Source: Hydrolagus colliei (Eukaryota). From it: a stretch of DNA of 64,000 nucleotides. The stretch is from assembly GCA_035084275.1 (NCBI GenBank), contig CM068742.1, forward strand, positions 142,042,001 through 142,106,000, written 5' to 3'. Every line of letters starts with the position of its first letter. Position 1 is the first letter of the stretch. Shown here one piece after another: positions 13,491 through 26,196 of this stretch. The position numbers were made by a program, and so were the translations under genes. Below the pieces are notes generated by a model that searched no databases, was not told where the DNA came from, and saw only the letters and a program-made list of their open reading frames with translations.

Positions 13491-14508
13491 GAAGTCGCCA
13501 CTGGTTTACCTCCTGTCTGTCCTGCACTTTTGCACTTTTTCGGTTTTGGGAAAAAAAAAGAAAAATCACGCAGTCACATCACATTACAATATTATCCCTG
13601 TGAAACACAGTCAGACTCCGTCACTGTCAAGCACTCCGGGACCCTACACCGCGTGAAGGGTACCATATAAATGCAAGTTGTTGTTGTTTCCCTGGCAACC
13701 CCCTGGCCTCATCCAACCTAAAGCACCAGCCACCATTAGTAATCAAGACAAATAAGATGACACAACTACGCTGATGATAATAATAATCCTTGCCATTGAT
13801 TTAATGCCTTATCACATCTTTGAGATGCATCTACATGACTCATACTAATAAATGGTTAGAGGGCCATTCACAGATATAATAGCAATCAACTGAAGGTTAA
13901 TGGGATTGTTTGCCTACAAATACACCTAAAATTCTGTGAAGTGCAATAAGGTGCTACATTGATTGGCATGATTTATTGTTCTAATGATTATTATTATGGT
14001 GGCTTTACTGGGAGTGTTTGGTTTAGTAAAGCTGTCATGATGCTAACCATCACATGACCCAGAGCCATGGATCTTGGTATTGAGAATGGTTTCTGGGGGG
14101 TGGGGAAAGGGGGGGAAAGGAGGGGAGAGGGAAGAATGCAGATTCCACCTTCAATATTGGATTCTTATAGATTTAGATCCCAATAGAAACACTCCATTCT
14201 GTACATTATCCAATTTATTAATACAACAGTCTGACTCGCTTCCCCAAACATTCTGCATGATAATTCTTAGAAATATTAAATAATGAGTCACTACACACTT
14301 GCCACCATTAGCTCTTATGCCATAACAAGATTCCTATAATTGTGTCAAACTCCACTTCAGTGAGACATGCGCTTGGTTATCTCACTATGCTGGTCAAATG
14401 CATCTGTCATTTCTTCTCTCTCCCCAATCAGTATTTTGAAGTCCCAATTGTCTGGTAAAATGGCATCTTCCCTTTAGATATTATCGTGTGTGGCTAAATT
14501 GAAAAAAT

Positions 14509-14760
14509 ACAACAACAACAACTTAGATTTATATAGCGCCCTCCATGCCGGACGGCGTCTCAGAGCACTTCACAATAGCGGATACCGGGACTGAGCCAGG
14601 GGTAGAAAGATGACCGAAGGTACGGTCGAAGAGAAAGGTCTTTAGCGTGACCTGAAACTGGGAAGAGAGGGGGCGAGGCGAAGGGAGTGAGGAAGGGAGT
14701 TCCAGAGCTTTGGGGCATAGTGGCTGAAGGCACAACCGCTAAGGGTGGAGCGGAGGATAC
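14509..14760 (-). mobile_element. L2 3' fragment (variant tail gagacgccgtccggc)
   Basis: (CAA)n tail; minus-strand ORF ...LKTFLFDRTFG. Confidence 0.8.
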
Positions 14761-15475
14761 CAACTATTTTCACACTTCATGGAACATTTCCAATTCTGTG
14801 CAATGTAAAATGTAGCTGTGGCATGATTTTGAGGTATATAGAGCGCTTAGTGCTTTGAGCGCATTCTTTTAGTACCCCCAATAAACTGTTTATCGGGGCA
14901 TTAAAGATGACAGGAAATGGCTCAGATTCTATCTCAGAGCATCTAAAACCCAAGTTATCTGCAAGCCTATTCATCCACCCCATCCCTCCCAGACCATTGC
15001 TACTTTGCTTTCATAGTAAATTTCATCATATCAAATTCAGTTAGTCTTCTTGAGATCCAGGGATTGCACATTAAAATATATCGCACTTTTCACTGCATCT
15101 AAATGTTGATTTTAACATTGAGTGGAGGGCAGAAAATCCAGATGAGGATCCTTACTTTTTGTCTTTTTATTGTATGTTCTTATTTCTGATGATTCCAATA
15201 CATGCAAGCAAGATATTTACCAGTGCCCCTATTTCGCTTTGCGATTCAGTGATCCTTTTGTTAATTCCTGCTTCCTCCGTCCCCAATATAACCTCTCTTC
15301 TGTTTACCCTATCAGCTATCTGATCCTACAGAAGTTAATGGTTCAACCATAAATCTGAGAAAGGTGAGAGGAAATAGTAATGATGCCTTTTATTGTCCTT
15401 TTGGGGACATTCTATGTGAAACAATGAGCTGCTTCTGAATTTGCAGTTTTATTGCTCCACCTGAATTGCTGTTGC

Positions 15476-15630
15476 CTGTAATGTAGGAGACTTGAAGTTG
15501 AATGTGGTTAGTGGAGACAGGTAGTTCAAGATGGTTAGTAGAGGTTTGTAGTTGAACGTGCTTATTAGAGCGTGCCTGTAGATGATGTGGTTGTCAGTGA
15601 CCTGTAATGGAGGTTAGTGTGGTTTGTGGA
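15476..15630. repeat. Degenerate ~26 bp minisatellite
   Basis: Recurring units like tgtagttgaatgtggttagtrgag. Confidence 0.55.
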
Positions 15631-16254
15631 TGCCAAATGCCCCCTAAATATTGGGCGTTGTCATTTTCAGACCATTTTCGAATCTCCGCTGTCTCTACAT
15701 CATTAGATTTTTCTTGGCCTCAGTAAGTAATAGACCATCAAGTGACCTGGTCCTAGTGACTGGTCTGCCATTCCAGGTCCTGTCGAGGGGCATCAGCATT
15801 GCTCTGGCTCAGGAACTGGACCATTGAGATGGTGGTCTCGTCTTAACATTCTATTGTCAAACATGGAGACCCACACACCCACTCCCCGGAGGTTACTATG
15901 TATAAGAACATGCTACCATCATTGTCTAGGCCTTTGAGCCCATTAAGGACATCTCTTTTTACTTTTGGAAGGGATGATAATGGTGGCAATGGCTATCATT
16001 GCTACTCGAAGTGTAGACGACACCCAGCATCACAGAATAATGGAATACTGTATAATATATTTAATGTTCTGAGATGCAATCTGTCACCATTGGACCATTT
16101 ACCAAGTTGGAAAATTTACTGGAAAATGCATTTCCGAGCATCTTAAACAGTGGAGTATTTTGGTTCTCCAGTGGGACTCTAGAAAAGCAGCAAAATAATT
16201 TGAAAAGAGTGAGTGATAAATGGTAGTGGTGTCCACATGTCTGTCATGGTCCCA

Positions 16255-17168
16255 CTAGCATCTTGACTGCCTGCCTGCCTGTCTGACATCAAGTCCTGGA
16301 TGAGAAACAACTTTCTCCAGTTGAGTGTCCGCAAGACTGAGGCCCTCCTGATTGGCTCGCATCAGTGTCTCTGCACCTCAGGCGCTGGCAGCATCAGCAT
16401 CCAAGGCTGCACTCTCCACCTCTCAAAGACAGTCAGGAACCTGGGTGTCTTGTTCGATCCTGAACTGACCCTCTCCCACATCCACGCCATGACCATTACT
16501 GCCTTCACAACATTGCCAGACTCCGCCACTGCCTCACCCCTCAGGCTGCCGAAACCCTTGTCCATGCATTTGTCACAGGCTCGATTACGGAAACTCCCTC
16601 CTCATCAGCCTTCCCAGCTCTTTCCTTCACAAGTTGAAGATCATCCAGAACTCTGCAGCTCGTGTCCTCTCCTGCACCAAGCTCCGCAACCACATCCCAC
16701 CCTTGTCTGACTCCACTGGTTCCCCATCCACCTGAGGATCGAATTCAAGATCCTCGTTCTTACTTTCAAGGCCATTCATGGCCTTGCCCCCTCCTATCTC
16801 TCTGACCTGCTGTCCCCCTATCACCCTGCCCACCCCCCTCCGTTCAGCGGGCTCTGGTCTGCTCCCCCACCCGATCCACCCTACCATCAGTGGATAGGCT
16901 TTCTCTTCCCCCTTACTCTGGAACTACATCCCACAGTCCCTTCGCCTCACTCCTTCCCTTGCCTCCTTCAAGGTTGGTCTCAAGATCCTCCTCTTTGATC
17001 ATGCCTTCTGCTGCCCTTCCAACTCTCTCCCTCCCCTCCTAACTCTCTCCCGCCCGTACCCCCTACCCTGCCTCTCTCCCCTGCTCGGGTTCCGACCTGA
17101 CTGTTCAGCACCTTGGGACGTTCTCCCGATGTGAAAGGCGCTCTATAAATGTAATTTTGTTGTTGTTG
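16255..17168 (+). mobile_element. L2 LINE 3' ~900 bp, frameshifted
   Basis: WMRNNFLQL...KTEALLIG...VRNLGVLFDPEL motif, then L2 C-terminal sequence and (TTG)n tail. Confidence 0.92.
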
Positions 17169-17479
17169 TGATCACATATCTGATGTTTATGAGTCTTTGG
17201 CAAACTTAAAACGAAAAGAACTACTGTTATTAGAAAAGTGAAAATAAAATGCAGTGATGAGTTTGAGGGCGTCACTAATTAGTCTATAATAAATAATAAT
17301 CCTTGCATTTGATGTCATGTCTTTGAGATGTCTCACAGTGCTCCGCAGAAAATACCGTCAAATTAATTTATTGTATGTTTTGTGGTCAATTTTCTGTTTC
17401 AGCGCCTTGAGCCGTCCTCCCGATGTGAAAGGTGTTAAACAAATCTATTTGTTGTTTGTTGTTAATTAATTCATTTACA

Positions 17480-17890
17480 GGTATTGAGTTTAAGACAAGT
17501 ATCCTCACTTTAAAAGTTCCAAGATCTTGCTCTTCCCTAACTCTGTGGCCGACTAAAATCTTACCACAAAACCACTCCCTCTACTCAGTGGGCACTGGTC
17601 TGCACCATGTCCCCTGCTTGCCCCATCATCGATGTCATGCCTTTAACCTCCCTGTCCCATTGTTCTGGAACTCCATCCAGGAAGTCCTTCATCTCACCCC
17701 CTCCCTTGAGTTCTCAAATGCACTTCTCAAGAGCTTCCTCTTTGACCATGTTTTTGGTCATCCTCCCACCCCCACCCCTCTTGACTGCAATGACCAGCTT
17801 GGGTGCAAACCCCTGACTGTCCAGAACATTGGGATGTCCTCCCAATGTGAAAGGTGCTATACAAATATACAAACAATTTGTTATTGTTTT
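17480..17890 (+). mobile_element. Older L2 3' fragment
   Basis: IEFK...FWNSI...LKSFLFDHVFG plus degenerate tail. Confidence 0.75.
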
Positions 17891-19329
17891 TATCTGAAAA
17901 CGGCAGAATTCAGAGTAAAGAAGGTACTAACATTGAGAAGGATAAGCTTCTGCCATTGCCTATATTTTGGAATTATAACATGGAATATAGATCATTGCTA
18001 ACCCTAACTCTGGTTTAAAAAGAAGCTAAATAATGTTTTCATTTGGGTTTCAAAATCAGCAATAAAGAGTCAAGGTTTATTTGCACAGTTTGGACTGTGT
18101 TTTATAGGCAGCAATAGCCCTGACACTAATGGAACCACATTACATTTAAAGTGGAACCATATAATATAAAGATTATTTGCTAATGTGTATCCTAGACTGT
18201 ATTGCACCCAAGGTTCAATTTTATTGAGCTGCAAAAGCAGGAACGATTAGGTTTTATTGTGACCATTTGATTTATTGTTCTATATTTCTCTCCTAACTAT
18301 CTGCCCCTCACATAGCACACAGTTCCCCAAACAAGAGGGTAGGCAGGTGTCATGGTCCCCAGCTTTGGCCCAGTACAACTTCTTTAGTGGCCATTAGGAG
18401 GGCCAGGGAAGTGATTTGGGCTGAATTGTACTCTGATGTTAATCAGCTTCCTTCCTGTAGGAAAGCACTTTCTCTATTCTCACTGCCTCCCCGGGCAGCC
18501 TGACTAATCTCAGGAACTCACTATGTGGGGAGGTAGAGGAGAAAGCCTAAGGGAAGATCAAACAGATACAGACCCAGAACCCAGCTCTCGTGGTTAGAGC
18601 TGGCTGCTCGTGGGAATGGCGTGTGGTATAGTGAGAGAGCAAAAAAAAATGGTCACTGTTCAACACTGCTGTGTGCAATTAGCTGCCGCATTTCGTCCAC
18701 AGAATATACAGTCAATTCAGTTTGCAGTATATTCTGTGAAGTATTTAGCGGTCTTAGAGGTGAAGATGTGATACAGATACTATATCAAATGGAAGGTTTA
18801 TTATTATTATCTCAAACGAGGAGAAAAGAAAGTCCCTCCTCTTATGCACAAATAAGGGGCTTAAAATGCTGTGACAATGAAAGGGCTCACGTTCTGTACA
18901 TAATTTCCCATGCATTGAACTCCAAATCTCAACCAGGTGAGGCACCTAGCACTGACAAAGTGTCTCTCACAAAGTGAAAGGAGAGGCAGAAAAAAGGGGT
19001 TGAGACAACCTTGTTTGCACTGATGAGAGGGGAGGGAGGAAATGTGGCATGTGATGTAATCGCCATCGCAAACAGCATTTAATATCCTCTCACCTTTCCC
19101 ATGGATACAGACAACACACATCTGCCTTTCCAGCTTCTCTACCTGTCCAGTTTCAACATTTTGTTGGAGAAATCAAGAAAATATTAAAAAAACACAAATG
19201 TACAAAAATACATTTTAAAACAATTGAAAGCAAAATAATTTCTTTTAATTGCCTATTTGTGTTTGGCACCCTGAATATATTGCATATATCCATGTAATAC
19301 AAAGGCACCGAATATGAATTATAATTAAT

Positions 19330-19818
19330 AATCCTTGTGGTTGATATTGCCTCTTTCAAATCAGGGGGACTTCTTTTAGGGCTTTACAGGATATATGTAA
19401 AATGACTGTGTTTTTGTGGCCAAATGCTGCAGCCAATTTGCACAGCAATGTACCATAAGCAGCCATGAAATGAATGACGTACAGTACTTCACTTCAAGCG
19501 ATTGTTGGCCAGGATAGCATGAGAAATTCCCTTCTCTTTTTGAATAGTGCTATGGGATCTTTTACGCCATCTGTCATTTAAGCAATAGATGGGACCTTGG
19601 TTTAAGTTCTCATCCTTAGGGTGGCACCTCCAACAATGCAGCCACCCTAATACCCACTGCCACACCCTGCACCCGACCCCTCCCTCCAACCCACACAAAT
19701 TTGCATTGGAGTGTCAGCCGAAATAATACAGTATCAGTTCCAAGTTCTGACATGGGAATTGAACTGACAAACTCCTGACTCAGAGGCACGGGTGCTGCCA
19801 ATTGAGACAGGCTGTCAC
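19330..19818 (-). mobile_element. Old Deu-domain SINE
   Basis: Reverse complement aligns along the length of the 22788 copy. Confidence 0.7.
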
Positions 19819-19870
19819 AAAATCAACTCCCTTCTGAAGCATAACCTTTGTCATATGAGCTTTGAAATTA

Positions 19871-21732
19871 GTGGGGTAAAGGTGGCAAAGGTGATCTAAT
19901 TGAGGTATTTAAAATGGTAAAGGATTAAATAGGATAAAGACAAATTATTTCTTCTGGAATCCAGAATATACAACAACAACTTCGATTTATAATAGCGCCC
20001 TTCACGCCGGACGGCGTCTCAGAGCAGTTGATATGGGGCATAGTCTTAAAATTAGAGCTAGGCCATTGAGGAGTGAAACCACGGAGCACTGAGCTCCCAT
20101 TATCCCTGCATAGGACCACCCTACACTTATAGGTAGGGTGGTCCTATCTTTGACAAGCAGTGAGAAAGCTTGTCAGGCTTGTGCTCTCAATGGCATGCAA
20201 TGTGGTTTCTGCTGGTTAGATTCCAGCAATAACCCACTGCACATTTTGAGGTCCCCAGGCCTTGGCTTTTGACAACCTGCATCTAATACTTTCTGGAATT
20301 AGGTAAGCAGAATGTGTCCCTCTAGGCACAGATTGCCTTACCTATGTTTGTTGAGAAAAACAAACCGGGGGGTGCGGAGGTAACATATGTGAATTTGATA
20401 GAAATGTTTCATATAATAAATCAGTCCTTTTTTAAAGCAATCTAGCAGTGGGGTATCAAACGCAACCCAACACCTTAGAATGTAAATATGGTCTCTTGGT
20501 GTTGAAGTACTAATACTCCCAGCTAAATAATAATAATCCTTACATTTGATATAGCGCATTTCATGTCTTCTAGACGTCTCAAATACTTATAGCACAATCA
20601 AAACATACAGGAGGGGAAGATGAATGGATCTAACACAATTTGCTTTTAATAGGGGTTCACATAGAGCAATTTGAGCAGAACTTATTTTATGCAGAATGTA
20701 GAAAGAACTTGCATTTGTATAGCACGTTATCATGTCTTTTCATTTCACAGTATCTTACAGCAATTACAGTCAAGGGTAGTTTTGGCAAACCCTGCAATCA
20801 TTTTTCACACAGCAAGGTTCCACAAACAGTCATGAGGTAAACATAAAAGGCAGTCCAGCATATTTTGGTAAACTATTAAATAATTCAAACCCTTCACCTT
20901 CAAATGTGTATCGAAACAGTAAATATCTATCAGCTTAAATTAATAGCTGAGAGAAACAGGTGAGTGCATTTGCTTTCTAGCCATCTGAAGCCGGTTTAAT
21001 TTCCAGTTCAAGGAGAAGATTTATAGCACAGAATCACAAACTCAATTGTGCAGCAAAGAAATTGCCTTTGTGTTTCTTTTCTATTTCTAACAAAAACATT
21101 TTCTCAGTACAGGTATTTCATTGTGATACAATCCGCCCCCTCCCTCCCCCCAACTCAGCTCCCACTCTCAGCCCTGGTACCTATGCATCGCTGTGAAAGC
21201 AGTTCAGGATATCCTCCTCAGGTGCATTTTTTGGGTGGTGTCTGCTGTGCATCTAACACATGCAGAAATCCATCCACATGAATATCAAGAGTAATAATAA
21301 TAATCCTTGCATTTGATATAACGCTTTTCACATCTTATGGACGTCTCAAAGCATTTCACAGAATATACTGTAAAGTGAATTGACCGTATATTTGTGGGCG
21401 AAACACGGCAGCCAATTGCACACAGCAACATCAACAACAACAAAATTACACTTGTATAGCACCTTTTACATCAGGAGGATGTCCCAAGGCACTGACAAGC
21501 TTTCTAACTGCTTGTCAAAGATAGGACCACCCTACCTATAAGTGCGTTGGCTTGCAGGGATAATGGGAGCTCCGTGATTTCACTGCTCAATGGCCTAGCT
21601 CTAATTTCAAGACAATGCCTGCCTGTTCTGGATTTTCCCACCAGAGGAAATAATTTGTCTTTATCTATCCTATCTAATCCTTTATCATTTTAAATACCTC
21701 AATTAGATCACCCTTTGCCCCCTCCACCCCAC
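19871..21732. repeat. Local inverted duplication (19871-20176 vs 21492-21732) of a CR1-fragment/unknown-repeat chimera
   Basis: Reverse complement of 21492-21732 aligns with 19871-20176, including non-CR1 sequence at both ends. Confidence 0.85.
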
Positions 21733-22149
21733 GGTCAGCAATAGAGCCTTTGCTCTATATATTCACTCAAGTGCAGACCTTACACTTTAACATCCAGCCA
21801 TGCATGCACCCGGGTGATTTGAGATGCTCTGAGGTGTAGCACACATCAAAAGCAAACCTCTGTGGTAGGTATCCACATATACACTACCCCAGAACTTCGT
21901 GAAAATGCTCGCAAAGGACAGGAAAGGCTGCTGTATCAGTGTACTGCACACTGATATTGTATTAATGTGTACTGTTCTCTGAAACTCCATCCTGGAGACC
22001 CTCACCTCAACACTATTCTTCACTTTTAAAGCTTTAAAGCACATCTTAAGATCTTTCTTTTCAACCATTGTTTTGGTCACCTATCAGCCCTTCCTCAGTT
22101 GTCCTCATCCCCAGTTCAAGCTCCCAGTCATTTCGGTGAAGTCCTGATA

Positions 22150-22545
22150 TTTCAAGATCTTCCCACTCGTCTTCCTGCCCTACTACCTCCTGCCCTCTCC
22201 GACCTACTTGTTCGCCAACTCACTACCTATCGTCTTTAATCGACTGGCTCTGGCCTCTTGCATGTCCCCTGTACCCTCCACTCCACACCAGGGGCTGCTC
22301 TTTAGCCACTACTCCCTAAAACTCTGGAACACTCTTCCTCAATCCCTCCCCTTTGCTCCCTCCTTCCCCAACTACAGGTTACACCTGAAGAGCTTCTTCT
22401 TCAACCATGTTTATGATTGTTATTATTATATATTATTACGGTCACCTCACCCTCCCCCTGGCACAGTGTCATGCTCCGTCACTGTCAAGCGTTCTCCCGA
22501 CATGAAAGGCGCTCAATAAATGTAATTTTAATTTTAAATGTAATT
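22150..22545 (+). mobile_element. Degraded L2 3' fragment
   Basis: KLWNTLPQSL...LKSFFFNH plus tail cccgacatgaaaggcgctc. Confidence 0.7.
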
Positions 22546-22787
22546 GCTGTTCTAGGTCGCTACTCTGCATGAGGGGCATATAAAAATGCAAGTTGTTCTT
22601 CTTGTTCATGATATGAAAGTTATCATATAAACGTAAAATTAAAATAATGATCCACTTTGCTCACAGAGAACCATTTAATATTAATGCATTATTTGAACTC
22701 TCATTTTATTTTGGAGATGTAGAAGATTAAACTGCCTGTTCAAGTGGGTATTAAAAGTTCCATAGTGGGGCTGTTACGTATTATTCT

Positions 22788-23165
22788 AGCTCAGTTGGTA
22801 GCACTCTTGTCTCTGAGTCAGAAAGTTGTGGGTTCAAGCCTCACATGGGGACTTTGAACTCATATTGTCTAGACTGACACTCCAATGCAATGTTGGAGGT
22901 GCCGTAGTTCAGATGAGACATTAAAATGAGGCCCCATCTGCCTGTTAAAGATGCTATAGCACTGTTTGCCGCTGGGTCCTTGCCAATAACCCTCTGAGAT
23001 AAAAGTAGTCATTCACTTTGTGTGAGACTTTGCTGTGCGCAAATTTGCTGCTGCTCTTGCCTATAAAATACAGTCACTACACATTACATTAAATCTTGTT
23101 TAGCACATTGATACCCCACCTGAAGTGAAATGTGCTGAATCAAATCCAAACATTGTTATTATTTT
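22788..23165 (+). mobile_element. Old Deu-domain SINE (SacSINE1-like)
   Basis: tRNA-like head agctcagttggtagcactcttgtctctgagtcagaa..gtgggttcaag, then ctgacactccaatgca...ggaggtgcc...gatgagacattaa...gaggcccc and tgctgtgcgcaaatt. Family match is from recall. Confidence 0.75.
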
Positions 23166-23579
23166 ATATTAAAATGAGCACGACAGCTGGAACTGTTAGA
23201 ATCACATCAGGTTGATTTTAATCTTAAAGGAACAGGCACAACAATTGAGGCAATTTTAAAGTAATGTTTTGTGGATCTAAGAAATAGACAGACAGCAGTG
23301 GGAAGCAGCATTGAATCTAATTCAGTCGTAGACCTACAAAAAGGTGTGTAGGTGGGATGCATGGAATTCTCAGTTCAGTTTCTTAAGCTTGATGATGCAT
23401 TTCTCTTGAACCGTGCCTTCAGTCACCTTCCTACCCCTACTGGCTGCCCCCCCCCCCCCCCACCACCTTTCCTGATCCCAAACACCAGCTCGGGTGTGGA
23501 TCCCTGACTGTTCAGTGCCTTGGGGCGTCTTCCTGACATGAAGGGCGAAATAGAAACATAATTTGTTGCTGTTTCCACA

Positions 23580-24480
23580 TGTCTCAGGCACCCAGCTGAC
23601 CAAAATAAGAAAGGTCTGATCATTTGCAGAGGTTTAATTTCAACCAGTTGCACTTTAGTGAAGAATGTTATTGTCTGATCTCTGATATCAGAGTGACAAA
23701 TTTGAAGGCTTCCATGCTGGAGCTTTCTCCCATCTCTTCTGACTGTCTTTCGCACTAAAAGGTGTGCAGCCACCTCTGCAGTGAATTGAAACCACCTTTC
23801 CTATTCAATCACCCCACAATGCAATGAAAGATCGGTGTCTCTGATCATAGACTGCTTTCTTATTAAAAGTATTTCATACTGAAGTGGAAGAGCATGAGGA
23901 TATGGCTTTATTATCTGGCTGAATAAACTAGGGCACGCCAATCAAACAGCACAAAACATGTCACGGTGGTTATTTAACGGTTCATCTCATCTTGCAAAAG
24001 TAATTATAATTCTTTTGTTAAAAGGTACATTTAAAACTCAGCCCTCGACCTTGAAACTTTGCATTGACCACAGTCTTTTCCCCCCTCAAATAGTGGGACA
24101 CAGAAACAATTAATAATGGGAGTCTATTAAGGTCTGATTGTTGCCACTAAGAGAGAGGTAGAATTTCAGTCCTTTGAAGTAACTGGGTATGATTCGGGCT
24201 CATTACAGAGATATTATCTGCATTCATACATTTATGTTTAGTGAGTTGAATCTATTGGGAGCGATTGAATTCCGTTACATAGTGCATCTTTCCTGCTGAA
24301 CCTTTCTCAGGCTTTCTCAAGTTCATCCAACAAGTCACAATAATGCCAGGACAGGACAGTGTTTTACACACTAATGCTTTGGCTTGGAATGAGACTGAAA
24401 GACAATATGGGGGTGGGGGGTAGGGAGGGAGATGTCTCATTTTGAACGACTCATAAATATGTCATGTTGCCTAATGCAGG
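23580..24480. promoter_or_regulatory. Candidate upstream FGF10 cis-regulatory block
   Basis: Unique, repeat-free sequence with T-box-like AGGTGTG 23760, TCF/LEF CTTTGAAG 24172, CCAAT, and perfect 14 bp palindrome CTCTGATATCAGAG 23680-23693. Motif evidence only. Confidence 0.3.
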
Positions 24481-24709
24481 CAACATCACAAAGTGCATCA
24501 GGGGGGAAAAAAAAGTTCTACATGCTTTACAGTTTAAGCCGCAGCGAAGCAGACTTGTGCTTTTTTATACGCTGAAGCCTCTGAAATAATAATAATCCTT
24601 GCGTTTGATGAAGCGCCTTATCGCATCTGTGAGGCGTCTCAAAGCTCTTCACAGAATACCCCGTCGGGTGATTTGACTGTATATTTTGTGGGCGAAACAA
24701 TACCGATCG

Positions 24710-26177
24710 CATGAGCTTTGAAGCCCCCCCACACAAAAAAAAGTAATTCAGAGGTTTGACTCATGTTAACAATTACAAACTGTTTACAGAGATTTATTTT
24801 ATCCTGCCAGCACACACACACAGACACACAAACTCTTCAACAGACTGAAAACCTTTTATACGTTTTTTAAAAAAAAGGTGGGGGGGGGGAAATGGGGTGG
24901 AGGGGTGGGGGGGAGAAGTGTGAACATTTTTGTTTCTTCTGCGGAAGCAAATAGTCGGATGATTCATGAAGCAAAGTAGGACCTCCTTCAAAGCTGGCAA
25001 AGGTTAAAAAAAGAACTAATTCTGTGTGTGTGTGTGTGCTCTCTTCCTGACCAGCCTGTGATCTGGTTTGCAGGACCCTGCCGCTGTCTGGTCTGCCCTG
25101 GCGTGTGTGGGAACATTTAGAAAACAGCAAACTCCAGGTGGCTCTCAACGACTTCACTGCCAAGAGAGAAGGGGAGAGAGAGAGAGAGAGAGAGGAAGGA
25201 GGAGAGGAGGAGAAGAGAGAAAAGCCCAGGCTGGGAAAGCGAGTCCAAAGGGGGCTCCCTAGAGGGAGTTGGGCTCAGCCCGGAAGAGAGTGAGATCAGT
25301 AAAGCATGACTCCACAGCCCATGCTGGTGGCCGGCTTTCACAGCGAAGGAGAGCAGTGAGTGAGGACAATCAGTGGGACTCAAGGCACCAATCAAGTGAT
25401 GTCTGCACAGCTCGCTCAGAGGGGATTTGCTTCCACTCCATGGTTTCAGGTGTCCACTGCTACCTGATCCTGAACAGGCTGTCTGTCTGACTGACTGTCC
25501 TGACTGACCGCGGTATAGACACATCCCACCTCGGTGGGGCTGGTATCACTGACATTCTTCACCAGACTTTTATTTTTTTTTTCTATTTGGAGTTTGGGGG
25601 TTGGGGGGAGAGACCTGTTTTCTGCAAGAGACCCCAAAAGAAAGAACCCCCCCCCCCCCTCCTCCTCCAACTTCAAAGCCACTGAGCAGCCAGTCTGTGC
25701 CTTCGACAAGACCCTGAGACACTCTGCCTTCTCCTGTGGGGGACCAGTGAGGAAGGAGTGAGAGAAGCCCTACAGGACCTATTTTTTTGTGGAGCTACTT
25801 TACATACAGTATCTACTGGCTGTCCTGAAGGCGGCATCACCAGAGAATCACAAGCCTTGTGTGTTGTGTGTGACCAGAGAGATAAAGAGAACACACTCAA
25901 GCAATACCTGAGGAGCATAGGAATATCTGCACATTCGTCCGAAATTGGTGAGTCCTTGCCTCCCCCTCCTCTCCCCCCACCCCCTCCCTCTCCCTAACCC
26001 CACATTGGAGATGATTTGTTCCCTGAGCTATGGGTATTGATGGACTTCATTCAAAGGATAACAGAGGTCAAACAGAGAAGACCAGCAGCAAACTCTCAAC
26101 CTGCCTCATAACTGTCCTTGGCATTCCAGTATGTTTCTTTTTATGAGACTTTTTCCAGTGCCAAGAGCTTCAGTACA
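24710..26177 (+). promoter_or_regulatory. Putative FGF10 proximal promoter and long 5'UTR
   Basis: Segment free of interspersed repeats directly 5' of the ATG. Motifs: AP-1 TGACTCA 24757, FOX TGTTTAC 24781, TCF/LEF CTTCAAAG 24986 and 25671, plus (TG)n, (GA)n and G/C-run tracts. The TSS cannot be located from sequence. Confidence 0.55.
25166..25221. repeat. GA-rich polypurine tract / (GA)n microsatellite
   Basis: gagaaggggagagagagagagagagagaggaaggaggagaggaggagaagagaga. Confidence 0.9.
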
Positions 26178-26196
26178 ATGTGGAAATGGATACTGA
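26131..26196 (+). promoter_or_regulatory. Upstream ORF overlapping FGF10 start out of frame ([21 protein letters not shown])
   Basis: ATG at 26131 and in-frame ATG at 26143; open to TGA 26194-26196, past the main ATG at 26178. Confidence 0.6.

Noticed and set aside
17432-18001. 189 aa ORF and similar Pro/Leu/Ser-rich ORFs (e.g. 41322-41855)
   Set aside because: Read-through of decayed L2 sequence.
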